NCBI GenBank assembly: GCA_000165425.1
Contig: CT868045.1
Span: 1-64,000, forward strand
DNA length: 64,000 bases
Source of the DNA: Paramecium tetraurelia
Taxonomy: Eukaryota
Direction of reading: 5' to 3'
Positions 23,602-36,587 of the stretch are shown in pieces. Numbering within the stretch: position 1 is the stretch's first letter; each line of letters starts with the position of its first letter. The notes under the pieces were generated by a model. The model had not been told where the DNA came from. It ran no database searches and was given only the letters and a program-made list of their open reading frames with translations. A program made the translations under genes and the position numbers.

Positions 23602-25704
23602 ATGTATTAATAATAAATGAATAACTAGCAGAGAGCTAAAATCTATGTGCTCCAAGGTTAATGGGAGGAGTTTTGTATAGGGTATGTGTACATTGTGCAT
23701 ACAGATGGTGTTAATCCCCCTTTCATTAGGAGTATTTTGGAAACATAACAAAAGTAATGTTGCAATCTAGTGTAATTTGCTCACTTGAATACAAATAAGG
23801 AAGAATGGTGCCTCAATTTGAAGGTGAATCCCGATGCTGTCTATGAGTTCTGTGGGGACAACATTATTCAATGGTAGGAAAGTGAAATCAATTTAGACAT
23901 AGCAATAAGCTTTATTGATTCAAGGTATGCATCCGAATTTTGGAATTAATTATAAAACAGCAGGAGGCATTTTCGTTACGATGATGTTGAATCGACATAT
24001 CCAATTTTACCATCCCATTAAAATTTGGAAGCAATTTTATCATAGATAAGTGACAGCCCAGAATTAATTATTTAGAAAATAACTAATGATCCTAAAAATT
24101 AATTTATGGAAGCCATCAAGAGGATTTTCGAGGATGCAGAAGCACAATCCAATTTTCATGTTCTTGAGCAATTGCACTATGTGATTAGAAGTCTAAGTAT
24201 TTTTGATAGAGTAATGTAGTTTACATAAAAAACGAGAATGTAATGAAATGCTTATTGAGTGACAAGTATTACGTGACATTGTTTGGCATCATGGAGTGTA
24301 ATTGTTGGCCCTTATTTTATGTAGATCATTCGGAAAACAAGGGACCTCAGAGAGTTTCATACAGAAAGTTTTTAAAGGATGAATTGAGATTCCATAGAAT
24401 AACTGAGTTCGAAGATGCAACAATAGAGAAGATTCATTTTAATTATCGTTTGTCCTACTTGAAAGAAAGTGTTATGGCTTATTATCTGTACATCGAAGAC
24501 CCACTCTATAATGAGTTCAATTTTTACATCCATGAAAATAATCAAAGGATATTGGAGAGTTTGCTGATTCATCATAAAGATCAATTCGAAAAGTTTCTGG
24601 AAGGAATCATGGATGACTTTATAGTGAAATGTAAATTTATAAATGAATTCTTTTTATAATTCAAGCCCTTTTTAGCAATCAAATAATTGAATGATGCTTT
24701 TGTGGATTGTATTACTGAAGCCAATCTACTCAAAGTTTTGTATTAGCATTCCTTACTCAAAGTCTAACAAAAATCAATGTCATAGATTTGTTTTACAACA
24801 TTACAAATCACAATTATGATAGCAAACTAAAATCAATAATATTTGTAGGATTTCTTAAAAAATAATCATGATATATTCTGGTAATGCATGTAAGGTCTAT
24901 TATTCTGCCAAGTTAATAGTTTGAATAGCATAATAATTGATATCATTGAAATAATTTGTTCGAATCCTTCAGTTGAGAAACAATGTATAGAATGGTTAAA
25001 GAGATGCTTGTCACAGCCTTTGAATTTCTCTGCTGCTCTTGTATTGTAAGAACTAGTGTAGTGGATCTGCTAACAATAAAAGTCGATTTCATAGGATCTT
25101 GTTGTGCTTTCCAATTACATTCTGAACATTTTAAACCAATAGTCGAAGTAGTAAATCAAGGACAAGTTTTTGTTAATGTCAGGGTTGAAGCATTTCAAGT
25201 ACATTTGCACCACGCCCATTTCTGAAATTTTGTAGCCTTATTGCAATTCTTTAGTGTAGTTGGCTGTGAGCAAACGAATGGATGGAATTATAGAAGGATA
25301 GATAAGAGACATCCTGAAGTTCATTAAACTTAAGAATTGCCTTTGTTAACATTTAGTAAGAAATCATATTTATATTGTAGGTCATGATTGTGAAGACTTT
25401 GAATTATTCAAGCCATCATCTTTTTGTGCGTTTAGTGGATCAATTTCAAAATGATTACATAGCAGATGGAAAGTTGAATATAGATGATCAAAGAGAATAC
25501 GAATAGGAAGATTCAGAGGAGCATCAGGAATAATAACCAATTTTGGAGAAGGATGACATCAAATTGGATTTCAGCAGGATAGTCAGGAGGAGGAATGAAG
25601 AGGAGGAGGAGGAAGACGATGAGACACATGTGAGAGATTAAAAGCCAAATGGGATCATTTTTGGGGAGAACTGCTTTAAAAGAATAAAACCTGATGATGA
25701 TTGA
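23602..25704 (+). CDS. PPP4R3: Protein phosphatase 4 regulatory subunit 3 (SMEK/Psy2) homologue
   Basis: EVH1-like N-terminus RAKIYVLQGQWEEFCIGYV...KVNPDAVYEFCGDNIIQW...AISF; SMK-1-type region YRKFLKDELRF...EKIHFNYRLSYLKESV; acidic tail ending KRIKPDDD-TGA. Confidence 0.85.
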
Positions 25705-25721
25705 TTTTATTTATTTACTAA

Positions 25722-27326
25722 ATGTTATCCCAAACATAATCAAACCTTATTCCGAAAAAGAAGATCGAACATTACACTTATTTAATGCATGAGCAGATCG
25801 GGAGAGGATACAGTTCTAAGGTGTATAAGGGGAAGGATGAGAACACTGGAGAAGTGGTTGCAGTAAAAGTGATTGATGTGAAGGCAATCAGCAATGAGAT
25901 CGAGAGATCGTTGATCAATTAAGAGATCAATGCACTCAAGTTAATACAGTCAGTCAACGTTATCAAATTGCATGATTATTATCACACAAACAACAACACT
26001 TACATCATCACTGAATATTGCAATTAGGGGGATTTGGGCAAGCTCATTTAATAGTAGGGGGTAATACCTGAAGTGGAGGCCTTTAAAATATTGAGACATA
26101 TCATCAATGGATTCAAGGAGTAAATTAGGAAGGGAGTCATTCATAGAGACATAAAACCAACCAATATCCTCATTAAGAATTCAGTTCCCAAGTTGGCTGA
26201 TTATGGATTCTCTAAAATGATTAAGGCTCCCAAAGAGAAGGTATTCTATAAGGTTGGTACTCCTATTTATATGAGTCCTGAAAGTTATTTGGAGAATAAA
26301 TACTCAGAGAAGACTGATATTTGGAGCATTGGAGTGGTCTATTATTAAATGCTATATGGTTAATGTCCATGGGTAATCAATTCAGAAAGTGAATTTCAAG
26401 AATCTGTATCGCAACTGCATTTTAATCGTAACGTTCCCATCTCAGAAGAGTCAAAAGATTTCTTAAGGAGAGCCTTGTAAGTTGATGAAAATCAGAGGCT
26501 GTCTCTGGCTGAAATTGATCAACATCCCCTCTTCTTGCGTCGTAATACTACTGCTCTCAATAAGATGAGAGGGGCTTTAGTCAGCAATTCATTCAACAAA
26601 TCAATCACAAATATGAATGTCGTCAGAGTTAATCAAACCCAACAATGTACAAGGAGTGGGTCCACTTCGCATAAGCATTAAAAATCCAATCAAATTAAGG
26701 ACAGGATTGGGACTGTTGTGTAACATACATACCAAAGCTTTCATTATGGTAGTTTTTTCATTTATTTTGAATCTAGAATCTCAAGCTGAAGAGGTTATTT
26801 GTAATCTCCTAAATCAATGCAAATTCATTTATCGGACTTGTCAATTGATTGATCACATCAAATATTTGCAATCTCCAAGGTTGAGAGAGAAGATTATGGG
26901 GTATTTTGGAAGGGAAGTGATGGACATCATGAATAAAGTATGTGTAATACTTATTACAAGCTAAAAGAAGCATATGAGAAAGGAGTCAACAATATTAAAG
27001 TGATCAATTTCAACCATTAATTTGTGGTTGTCATACTAAATAAGCACTCATTCAGAGAAGTCTATTTGAGATATAAAGAGTATTATGGCATGTCTTTGTT
27101 GGGGGATATATCTGCTCTGAAGGATGTGATTAGAGAATTGAATCATCAACTCAGAATAAATGAACAAAATGAAACTGGTATTTTGTTACTAGATTACCTA
27201 ACCTATTATTACCAAGTAATTATAAGTAATAATCCTTAATAATTCTTGGATGGTAAGCCCATGAATGAAATTACCCCTAGTCATTATTAAGAAATTAGAG
27301 TGAAAATATATAATTTAGAAATATGA
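25722..27326 (+). CDS. Ser/Thr protein kinase (ULK/CAMK-like ciliate expansion)
   Basis: IGRGYSSKVYKG, VAVKVID, ITEYCNQGDL, IHRDIKPTNIL, LADYGFS, VGTPIYMSPE, KTDIWSIG. Short introns in the C-terminal half; TGA 27324-27326. Confidence 0.93.
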
Positions 27327-27487
27327 TGTCATTGATATCTATGTCTAATGTAAATATCAATGATAAAATTCATTCATTATTGTATACTTTTAACTATTAT
27401 GATTTTCAATTATGGACTTCAAAGACCAATCGAAATCATAAGCGTATCCTATATTATATAATATGGTTTTATTTAATAAAATAACGA

Positions 27488-30487
27488 ATGAAATTAGACA
27501 ACGATTTTTTGAAAATCCAAACTTATGCTAGTCAGCTTTTTGAATCTCTCCCAGTTATAAAAGAGTTTAAGAATGACAAAGATCTTATCACCTAGCTACA
27601 ATACTCTTGTGTATGTTATGGTAGAAAATTAGTTTCTCTATTTGATAAATACACAATACTCTAAAAGAAATAGCAAGAAGGTTCTAACTAATTGCTCATA
27701 AATTTGGCATCTCTATTGAATGTTACACCTAATGAGCAAACAATCATGGGCACAATTAAATAGCAAATCAAAGCCAATGAGCAATTGCAATCCAAAGTTG
27801 AGTATCTGAAACAATCCTAATAAGATGTTGTCTATTAGAAAATGTTGCAGCACGAACAAAAGCTAACGCAAGAGTTATAAGAAGTAGCAGATCGTCTAAT
27901 AAAAGAATTAAAGTAATCAAAAGATGACAAATAAATCTTGTTGGATGAGTTGCAAATCAAAGAGGATTAATTGAAGCAATATCAATAGCAGTTGCAGTAA
28001 TCATCCCTCTTAAGGTCTCCCACGAAATAATAATACAATAGTGCTCAAAAATATTCAAGTGCCACTAAGTATTCCAGTTCAAGCAAACAGCCTCGCTTTC
28101 AATAGCAACTGATCAATACACTCTAAGCATTGTCCCAGTAAACGAAAACCTTCCTCTCGCAATATGTAAATTAATAGGAATCAGCATATGATTATGATCA
28201 ATTGGTGACTGATGATGCCTAAATGTTATCCATGAATGTCTCAAACATAGTCCGTGATTTGACTCACATCATTTAACATAAAGAAGAGATCGTTGAAAAC
28301 CTAATCAAAGGACTTGAAATACAGCTTGAATAAGTCAGATTGGAATAGCAATAGAGCGAGTTTCAATAAACAGATAATAAACAATTGCAATACCAATTAC
28401 AACAATTATAGGCTATTGTGAAAAAGGCGAAGGACACTCGAGTCAAAGAGTTGGACAGAGCATTTAATTCTGAAATACCTGTATTTATCGTTCCTGATGA
28501 TTTGATGGATTCCGAGTTGCAATTAACAATTGAGAGACACAATTCAAAAGTGTAACAAAGATTGAACGATTTGGCAGTCTAATTGAAAAAGAAATCAACA
28601 CAATTTGAATAAATATCATCATAGACTACTAAGATTAAAATTATTCTGGAAGAGGGTTTAAATAGATTGGCAATCATATTGAATGAGCTTTAGAATATGG
28701 CTGATTCAAATGAGGCCTTAAAATTGCTTAAATTCTGCAAAAATGAGATCGATTCAATACATGTAAATCTGAATGGTATTGATATTGAGCAATAAATATC
28801 TATTGAGATAAAGCAATAAAGACAAAATTGGTTGTAATAGTTGGATTAATTGAAGAAGTTTTATTCAGACCAAACTGAAAAGTTAATCTAAGAGAATGAG
28901 CAACTCAACGAGCAATTGGCTAAGTTATAGCAATTAACGCAAGGATTGCATAATGACAATGAGTAATTGATGCGTAAATTAAAATTAGCCTAATAAGAAG
29001 AAATGCAATCGAAGGAGGACAAAGATAATTTAATTTAGGAATTAGAATTGACGATTTCTTAATAAGAATAGAATATCAAATTATATGAGTAATAAGAAAA
29101 GAAACAAAGATAAACCATGGAATAGATTGAGAAGGAATTGGAGAACAAGAAAAGAGAATATTTGAATTTATAGTAATCTAAGCAATTGGAACAATAGGAC
29201 ATAATAGAGAAATTAACTGATAAGAATTAAGTGTTGGAATTTGAGAATAAAACGTATAAATAATAATTGGATGTAATTGAAAAGGATTTTTAGAAACTCA
29301 AATCTTAACGTCAGACCTAGGATTAATTGGCTGAATAAGATAAGTAGACATTGAAAAAGTAATTGGATGAAAAGAAAAAACAATTGTTGCAATTGTAAAC
29401 TGAGAACAAGAAATAACACGAGGAGGCTGTTGCTTAAATAGAGGAGTTATAAGACGAATTGGCACACATATCAAGTCAACTATAGTTAAGAGAGACTGAG
29501 ATTAAGCAATTGCATAAGAAGTTGAGTGAATTGGAGGATTTTTCGAGAAAGTAGATTGATGTAATCAGAACTTATGAGGACAAGTTAACTGAGGCTCATC
29601 AGGTAAAAAAGCAATTGGAGAATAACAATGAGGGAAGCGATCAAATGTTGTCTCAGTTATAGCATAGGTATCAACAATTATAACAACAATCTAATTAGTT
29701 GAAGCATGAAAATGATAAGTAAGCTATTGTTTTGAGATTTTAAGGTTGTTGAATGATTTGAGTTTATTGTAGAAGTAATACACGAAGCAAAAAGAAACTA
29801 TGGAGTAGGACTTTAAGGATAAAATGAATAAATAATCAGAGATAAACAAAATATTAAAGGAGGAGGCTAGAAATTTGAAAGCTTAGTTGGAATTAAAGAT
29901 TAATTAACTAAGACAAGTAGAATAGGATTTGCAGGATAAAAATAATGATTTGGAGTATTTTATTATAATAAGATTAGCAAGGCATAGAAAATATGCAAGC
30001 AATTGAATCTGCAAGTAAATGACTTCAGACAGAAAATTGAATATTTTGAGGATTTCAAATAAGAAGTACATGTATTTTACAATACTAGAATTTAGAGACT
30101 TCAGAATAGTATGCAAAGTAAATACAATAGATGTAGAATGAAAACTTTTAGTATAGGAGGGAGTTGGAGAAATAATAATAGCAGAATTCTTAGCGTTAGA
30201 AGACGAATAATATATAGGATCAATAATTGAAGGAGGAGATCAATAATCTGAAATAGGAAGTCAGAAAGATGGAACAATTGTTAAATCAGGAAAGAATGAA
30301 TTACGAATAGGAAATTAGAAATTACTAGAATTAGATAGGCGAATACACAAAATTGGATTTATCGATGAGATAAAAGTCTGGGTAATCTGGGGGAAGTGCC
30401 TTCTATGAGAACCTGATAGAGGCAAAAGATTTAGAGATCGCCAGACTGACAAACATCGTAAAATCTTTGACAGACTTAAGAAAATGA
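27488..30487 (+). CDS. Long coiled-coil protein (~990 aa)
   Basis: Continuous code-6 frame rich in Q/E/K/L heptads, one 26-nt intron (gtaagctattgttttgagattttaag), TGA 30485-30487. Confidence 0.85.
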
Positions 30488-30546
30488 TTATAATTTGAAT
30501 AGTTTGAAAATGTTAAGCAATAATTCTATTTTCATTTAAATATCAA

Positions 30547-31877
30547 ATGATAATATTTCTAGTTATTGCTCCTGCACTCTCATACCTTATTGATCAACAT
30601 TACTAACCATTAAATTGGTTCCAATATGGAGATACTGTGTGTTATGGAGTAATGTTCGATGCTGGAAGTTCAGGTACAAGAGTTTATGTATATTCTTGGA
30701 GTTGCCGAGAAAACAAAACAATGGCCTATATCAACATAACGGAGAAGTCTTTGGAATATAAGGTTGAGCCAGGAATCGATTCCTTTGGGAAAGATCTGGA
30801 CTCTTTGAAATCGTACATCAATGAGCTCATTTAATTTGCCTACGAGAATGTGCCATACACTATGCACAAGTACACTCCCATTATGTTGGCGGCGACGGCT
30901 GGAATGAGAATGATCCCGACTTATTACTAGATATAGATAATATCGACGATTAGAGATTTATTTAGATCAAGCAAATTCCTATTTCATAGAGATGATTGGT
31001 GTAGAATAATTACAGGTTAAGAAGAAGTAATTACATATCATTATAAGATCAAAAGGGAGCCTATATGTGGCTATCCATTAACTATATGATAGGTAAATTG
31101 GGAATAACGGATAATGAACATGCATTAACTGTTGATTTGGGAGGAGGATCCACCCAATTGGCTTTTAAGCCTCAATCCACGATAGATAAGAGCGAGGTAA
31201 ATTTGAGGATTCCCAATCACAATCAATATAAGATCTATTCCCAATCCTATTTATATTATGGAATTGATTAAGCCAAAAAAGCCATTTTTGAGAAGGAAAT
31301 AAATAAACTGGATAAAAATAACCTAGTTTATCAATCTCCCTGCTTTCCCAACGGCTATCGAAACAATTACAGATATAACAAATCTTATATAATTATAGGA
31401 ACAGGCAATATTAATAATTGCTTAGAATTAATTAATCAATATCTCAATAATGACAAGTCAAAATGTATTTATGAGAATTGTGGTATCAATGGAGTCTATC
31501 AGCCAGAAATCGATTCAGAGTTAATCTATGCTTTGGGAGGTGTTTCATTTATGGCAGAATTCTTGAATTTGGAGTAGTACACCTTGGAGTAATACTTTAT
31601 CAACGCAGTCAAGTTCTGCTCTTTGAGTTATGAAGAAATCCAGAAACATGAGGCTTATGGTAGGAATAAGTACTCGAATGGGAATTATTTCTCCGTTTTG
31701 TACGTGTATTCCTTGTTGAGTCATGGGTATGGGATTAAGGAGAATCAATTAATCCGATCTCCCAAGTTGATTGGCAACATCACTCCCACTTGGACCTTGG
31801 CTGCCATGTTTTATCAGATTGCCCAGATAGATTGCGAATAAGACAGTCCCATCTGTTCGACTATTATGAATAATTGA
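30547..31877 (+). CDS. GDA1/CD39-family NTPDase (apyrase) with N-terminal signal peptide
   Basis: MIIFLVIAPALS leader. Apyrase conserved regions DAGSSGTR, ATAGMR, GQEEGAYMW (across the intron at ~31027-31055), DLGGGSTQ and TWTL. Confidence 0.95.
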
Positions 31878-31947
31878 TGAATTTAATATTAATAGCTAAT
31901 ACAAACTATTGTTTTTCTTCAGAAATTATTTCCAATTAAGTGCTTAA

Positions 31948-32816
31948 TCAGAATTTTCTTTTTTTCTTGTTCTCCAAACTTTGGGGTTTGCTACTAAACT
32001 ATAGATCTTTAGCAATCTAAACGGATTGTTGTATCCACTCATTCAACCATGGAAATCTTTTATAGTTTAGGACATCCTTAGGGAGATAAATGAAAATATT
32101 ACTTCGATTTAGTCATTTGATATTGATTCCACTATGAAATTCACATATTTTTGAATTTTTTGTTTATTTTCATCAAGTGCTAATTGTAGGTATTAACCTA
32201 GATGAAATGGAAAATGATATTCTTACTTAGAAAACTTGAGTAATGTGATTGATATTGAGGTGATAGAAATAATTGCTAAACGAATGCATTATTCATTTTC
32301 TTCATTTCGTGTTTCTGTATGGGACTAGTGGGCTTCTAAAACTTCACACTTTTGCGAAGAATGAATTTAATCATTTCTTCTTTAGTTTTTTCAGCCTATC
32401 ATGTTGGAGATGCAATTTACTTATAAATATCTGGTAAAGATAAGAAAATAGATTCTTTTGAGTGCACTCCTTTGTGTGCACGATCGAATTGTTTTTCGGT
32501 AGGCAAAGATTTATTCTTTCGGAAGGTAATTGAGATTTTTCATCAGATAGTCAATCATTTTAAACACTTCATCCTTTAGTTACTCTGCATCCAAAGAGAG
32601 AACGTCTGAGACTTGATTGTGTTGGAGTTGCTTTCTCAAAAAGAGATTCTCTTCGGTTAAATGATGTATTGCTATCTTGTAATTCTCTATTTCGCTTGGA
32701 ATTGGAGCGTAGTTTATGGGCATGATATAATGTGGGATAAAAAATTGATTTTCTTCCTAGGATTATATTGTTTTAAATTTGGTTACTTATTTGATATTGT
32801 TGTCTTCTTCCTTCAT
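31948..32816 (-). CDS. Hypothetical protein of a probable ciliate-expanded family (KTKEEMIKFILRK...KMNN.F...RFPWL)
   Basis: ATG 32816, four GTA..AG introns, TGA 31948-31950. Basic C-terminus NKKKRKF (NLS-like). Confidence 0.8.
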
Positions 32817-32958
32817 TATTTATATAAAGTTTGAGTACTCTAAAAGCAAGTTAGAGATAAAATTAATTAAAGATATTATTGTTTAGCTATTAATACTTAT
32901 ATGTTACAATCATATATTATACATTATCCTTTATGTATATTTATTTAATAAAATAATC

Positions 32959-35697
32959 ATGCCCTAATGGCAAATCATTTGGAAGACCTTTTATAAACAT
33001 CTCAAAATCTTAAGGTGGGACCAATATCAACAGTGGAGATGGCATAATCACTTTTAATGGGCTGACACTACATTCAAACCGATATTAATACTCCAATTCA
33101 TCTTCATTATCATCAGATTGTCCATTTTGGCAGATAACTTGTACATCTAAATTACCTTGGCAACCCAAATCTGTATCCACATCCTCCTATTCCTGTCATT
33201 TTCTAAAGCTATTTCAGAAGAATCACATTTCTTCATACAATTTTTGCCTCTCATTCAATAATATTGTATGTATTGGATCTGCTACATAATCAAAGAGAAG
33301 GACTATTTTATGCTGTATGTCACTCTAATTACCATCTATCAGAGCATGTACTCTACCTTACACATGAAGTTTATGACAATTATATTGTTCTTAATTCAGA
33401 ACATCTTCCTTGCTGACTTACCCTCATTTGAAGGATTGTTTATTTCAACAGCCCTTCTAATCCTATAGATTTTGAGAAAGGAGTTCCTTTATTTACAACA
33501 TTTTCAAAATCTACAAGCCTTATTCATGATAATAGATTCTACTCCTCAAGCTATGTGCATAGTCCATAAGGACAAGAATTTCATGCTTTATTCAAATAAG
33601 ATTTTTGATAATTTAGCCAACAAATTGGAGAGTACCAATTAAGGTGAGACTGATTAATCGCCTGAAAAAAGTTCTACTGTTCATTCAGCGAGAAATTAGT
33701 TAAGTTTTTTATAGAATCTATAATTGGATGAATTGAATAACAATTAGACTCTATTTGATTTCGATGATGAGGATCTAGAAATGGAGGATCAATATAAAAT
33801 TAAAAATGTAACTTATTGTAAAGAAAAAACTCAATTGTTGTCATAAAATAGATTTTCTGTTGAAATCTAATAATTACCCCCCAAAAGTCATTAATAATAA
33901 TAGAAGTTTTTCTAATCCTTCAAGAATCAAGAAGATGAGAGCATAATAAAAAAGAAGTTCACGTCAGATGTGACTATGAAGATAGAATTCAACAATTCTC
34001 CCCAGATCAATATTAATTCGGCTGGCAAGAAGAGTTCTCGTAAAAGATCTCAAAATCAAATCAGATTAAATAGGTCCTCTGTGTATGCAACACCAAGTCG
34101 CAAAATCTCGGTTGATCAATTATTGTCAAAGGAAAGCAAAGAGCATCGAAATTCCAATCAAAAATAATCATTATTTGATCAAGATTTAAATATTACACCT
34201 AGAAGTAATCCAACCATCAATCATAAAATGAAATTCCTAGTCAATGTTTTAGAAAATTGCAGAATATTCGATAATGATGATGGTTTACAAATCTATTTCA
34301 TTAATGAAATCAATCAAATCCTATTAAGAGCCAAACTCAAGAAATTGGAATCCATTAAGAAGAATATTCTTAGATCAATTTCCCATGAATTGCTCACCAA
34401 TCTTAATGCCATTTTTGGATTCATCAAACAATGTCAAGACAAACAATCTTCTAAAGAGTCTTGTGCCTTGCAATTAGAATAAGCACTCTGTTATACTAAA
34501 CTCTAGTTGTATAAGATATACGATTTCTTCGATTACAGAGACATTCTAGAGGAGAGACTAATCATGAAATCAGATAAGTTTGAACTAAATTCAGTTATTT
34601 GGGAATGCGTAGACCTACTCAAAGATTAAATTGAAAGGAAACTCATCTCAATTAAAGTTAAATTGCCAGAGGTTTCATATATCATACTAGGTGATCGATA
34701 GAGATTGTGTTAAGTGCTCCTTAATTTGATTGCCAATGCTATTCGATTTACTTTGAAGGGTGGAATTACTATATAAGTTGAGAAAAAACAATACATAGAG
34801 TCGATGCAAGGAATAGATGATGTACAATCATTTCATCAATCAGACTCAAATTTGATACAAGTTTCTATAAGTGATACTGGAATAGGGATGAGTGAATAAG
34901 AATTATACAACCTGAGAAAGAAGGTATTTGTTATAAGATAATTTTAGTTACACCTCGCTGACGACGATGAAAAAGTGTCCAAATAGTCAGTTGGAATAAG
35001 TTTAGGATTGTCGGTGTGCAAGTACATTGTAAAACATTTGGCACCCATGCATTAGAATTATCTCTCGGTTGAATCATAGTTGGGTGTGGGCTCATAATTC
35101 TATTTCGTATTGTAATATGATGAAGAGTAAGTTCAATTCGAGCAAAGTAATTTATAAAATTCATTTATTCATACAATCCCCTTCTTAGAATAACAAAGCA
35201 CTCAACAGGTTCGAGTTTTAAATTATAATAAATTCGGCAAGTCTTAAATTGGAGACTAATTGAAAAGTCTAGACACTAATATTTGTAAATGCAAAAAGAC
35301 ACTAATTGTAGATGACGAGCAATTCAACATTCACATCCTTTCCCACATCGTGAAGCAATTAGGATACGATGTGGATTACGCATTCAACGGCTAACAAGCC
35401 ATAGAGAAAATAGAAGTTTAGTTAGCTAATCGATGCAATACATCAACATGCATCGGCTACAAATGTATATTGATGGACATTAATATGCCTATTATGAGTG
35501 GTTGGGAGGCTGTCTAAAGAATTAGATAAATGGAATACAAAATCAAATTAACTCGAACCATACCTATCATTGCAGTTACTGCTTTCTGTAGTATCCAAGA
35601 TTAATAGAAAAGCATTCACGAAGGTTTCAATAGTGTTTTAATCAAACCTATAACGAAAGAAAAACTTTGTGAATCTTTTCATCAGTTCAATATTTGA
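32959..35697 (+). CDS. Hybrid histidine kinase 1 (multi-TM N-terminus, HisKA, HATPase, receiver)
   Basis: H-box SISHELLTNLN (His 34384-34386), N-box QVLLNLIANAIRFT, G1 ISDTGIGM, G2 GISLGLSVCK; receiver LIVDDE...LMDINMP...VTAF...KP. Confidence 0.93.
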
Positions 35698-35788
35698 TCA
35701 TATTTTGTTTTTCTAATTACTATTTTTAAATTGTCATCAAAAAATATTATGAATTATTTTTCAAAAATTAATATAATTCATAGTCACA

Positions 35789-36520
35789 ATGACAGAGTAA
35801 TCGATAAAGTCTTAAATACAACAATATAGAACTATTAGAATGACTTTACGAAGTTGAAGAAGTTTTTCAGATTCACATAATAACAATTTTAATCAAGAAT
35901 AATAATAAAACTTGTTCGGTTATCAATTTTCAACTAAAAACTCTTGAATTATATTCTTTGATATAATGTTGTAATCTATACAACGTTCTTTAAATGTCAC
36001 CTTAACATAACATTTAACCCATATTCTTCTTAAGTAGTTATGAAGGATTAATAGATCAAATTGTAAAGACACATTTACAATATTGAATTAATTACACACT
36101 TAAGATCGAGATTGATCATTTGAAATTTTGGTACATCTCTTAAATGAGTTAATTGAATAATAATTAATTTTGGCTATTTTATTATGTAATTGTGAATAAA
36201 TTTTTGATTATTTGTAAAAAGTGATTTTGATTTGATCCTGTGAATCTGAGCAACTAATTTCACAGTGTTGAGAACTTTGAATTGAAAAATTGAAAAAAGA
36301 AGAATTATATAAACTTTAATTTAATATATTTTCAATCATTTAAAACTTTTCTAAACTTGGTGTTGTAACATTCAATTAAAATGGCTTACAATTTATTCCT
36401 TTCTTCTAAAACCAAAATATATAGCAGATTTTGAAAATGAAATAAAATACTCAGAAATTTGAGTAAACTCATCTTGATTTTGCAAAGTTTCTTGAGGATA
36501 TTGTAAACGATTAAAATGAG
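35789..36520 (+). pseudogene. Decayed gene remnant between HK1 and HK2
   Basis: ATG-initiated protein-like frames broken by several TGA codons and frame changes. Gene-sized gap in an otherwise compact region. Confidence 0.35.
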
Positions 36521-36587
36521 TTGAGTTTAATTTTCATTCAGAAAATATTTAATATAAAAGATAATAAAGTTTTTTCTTGATAAATTT

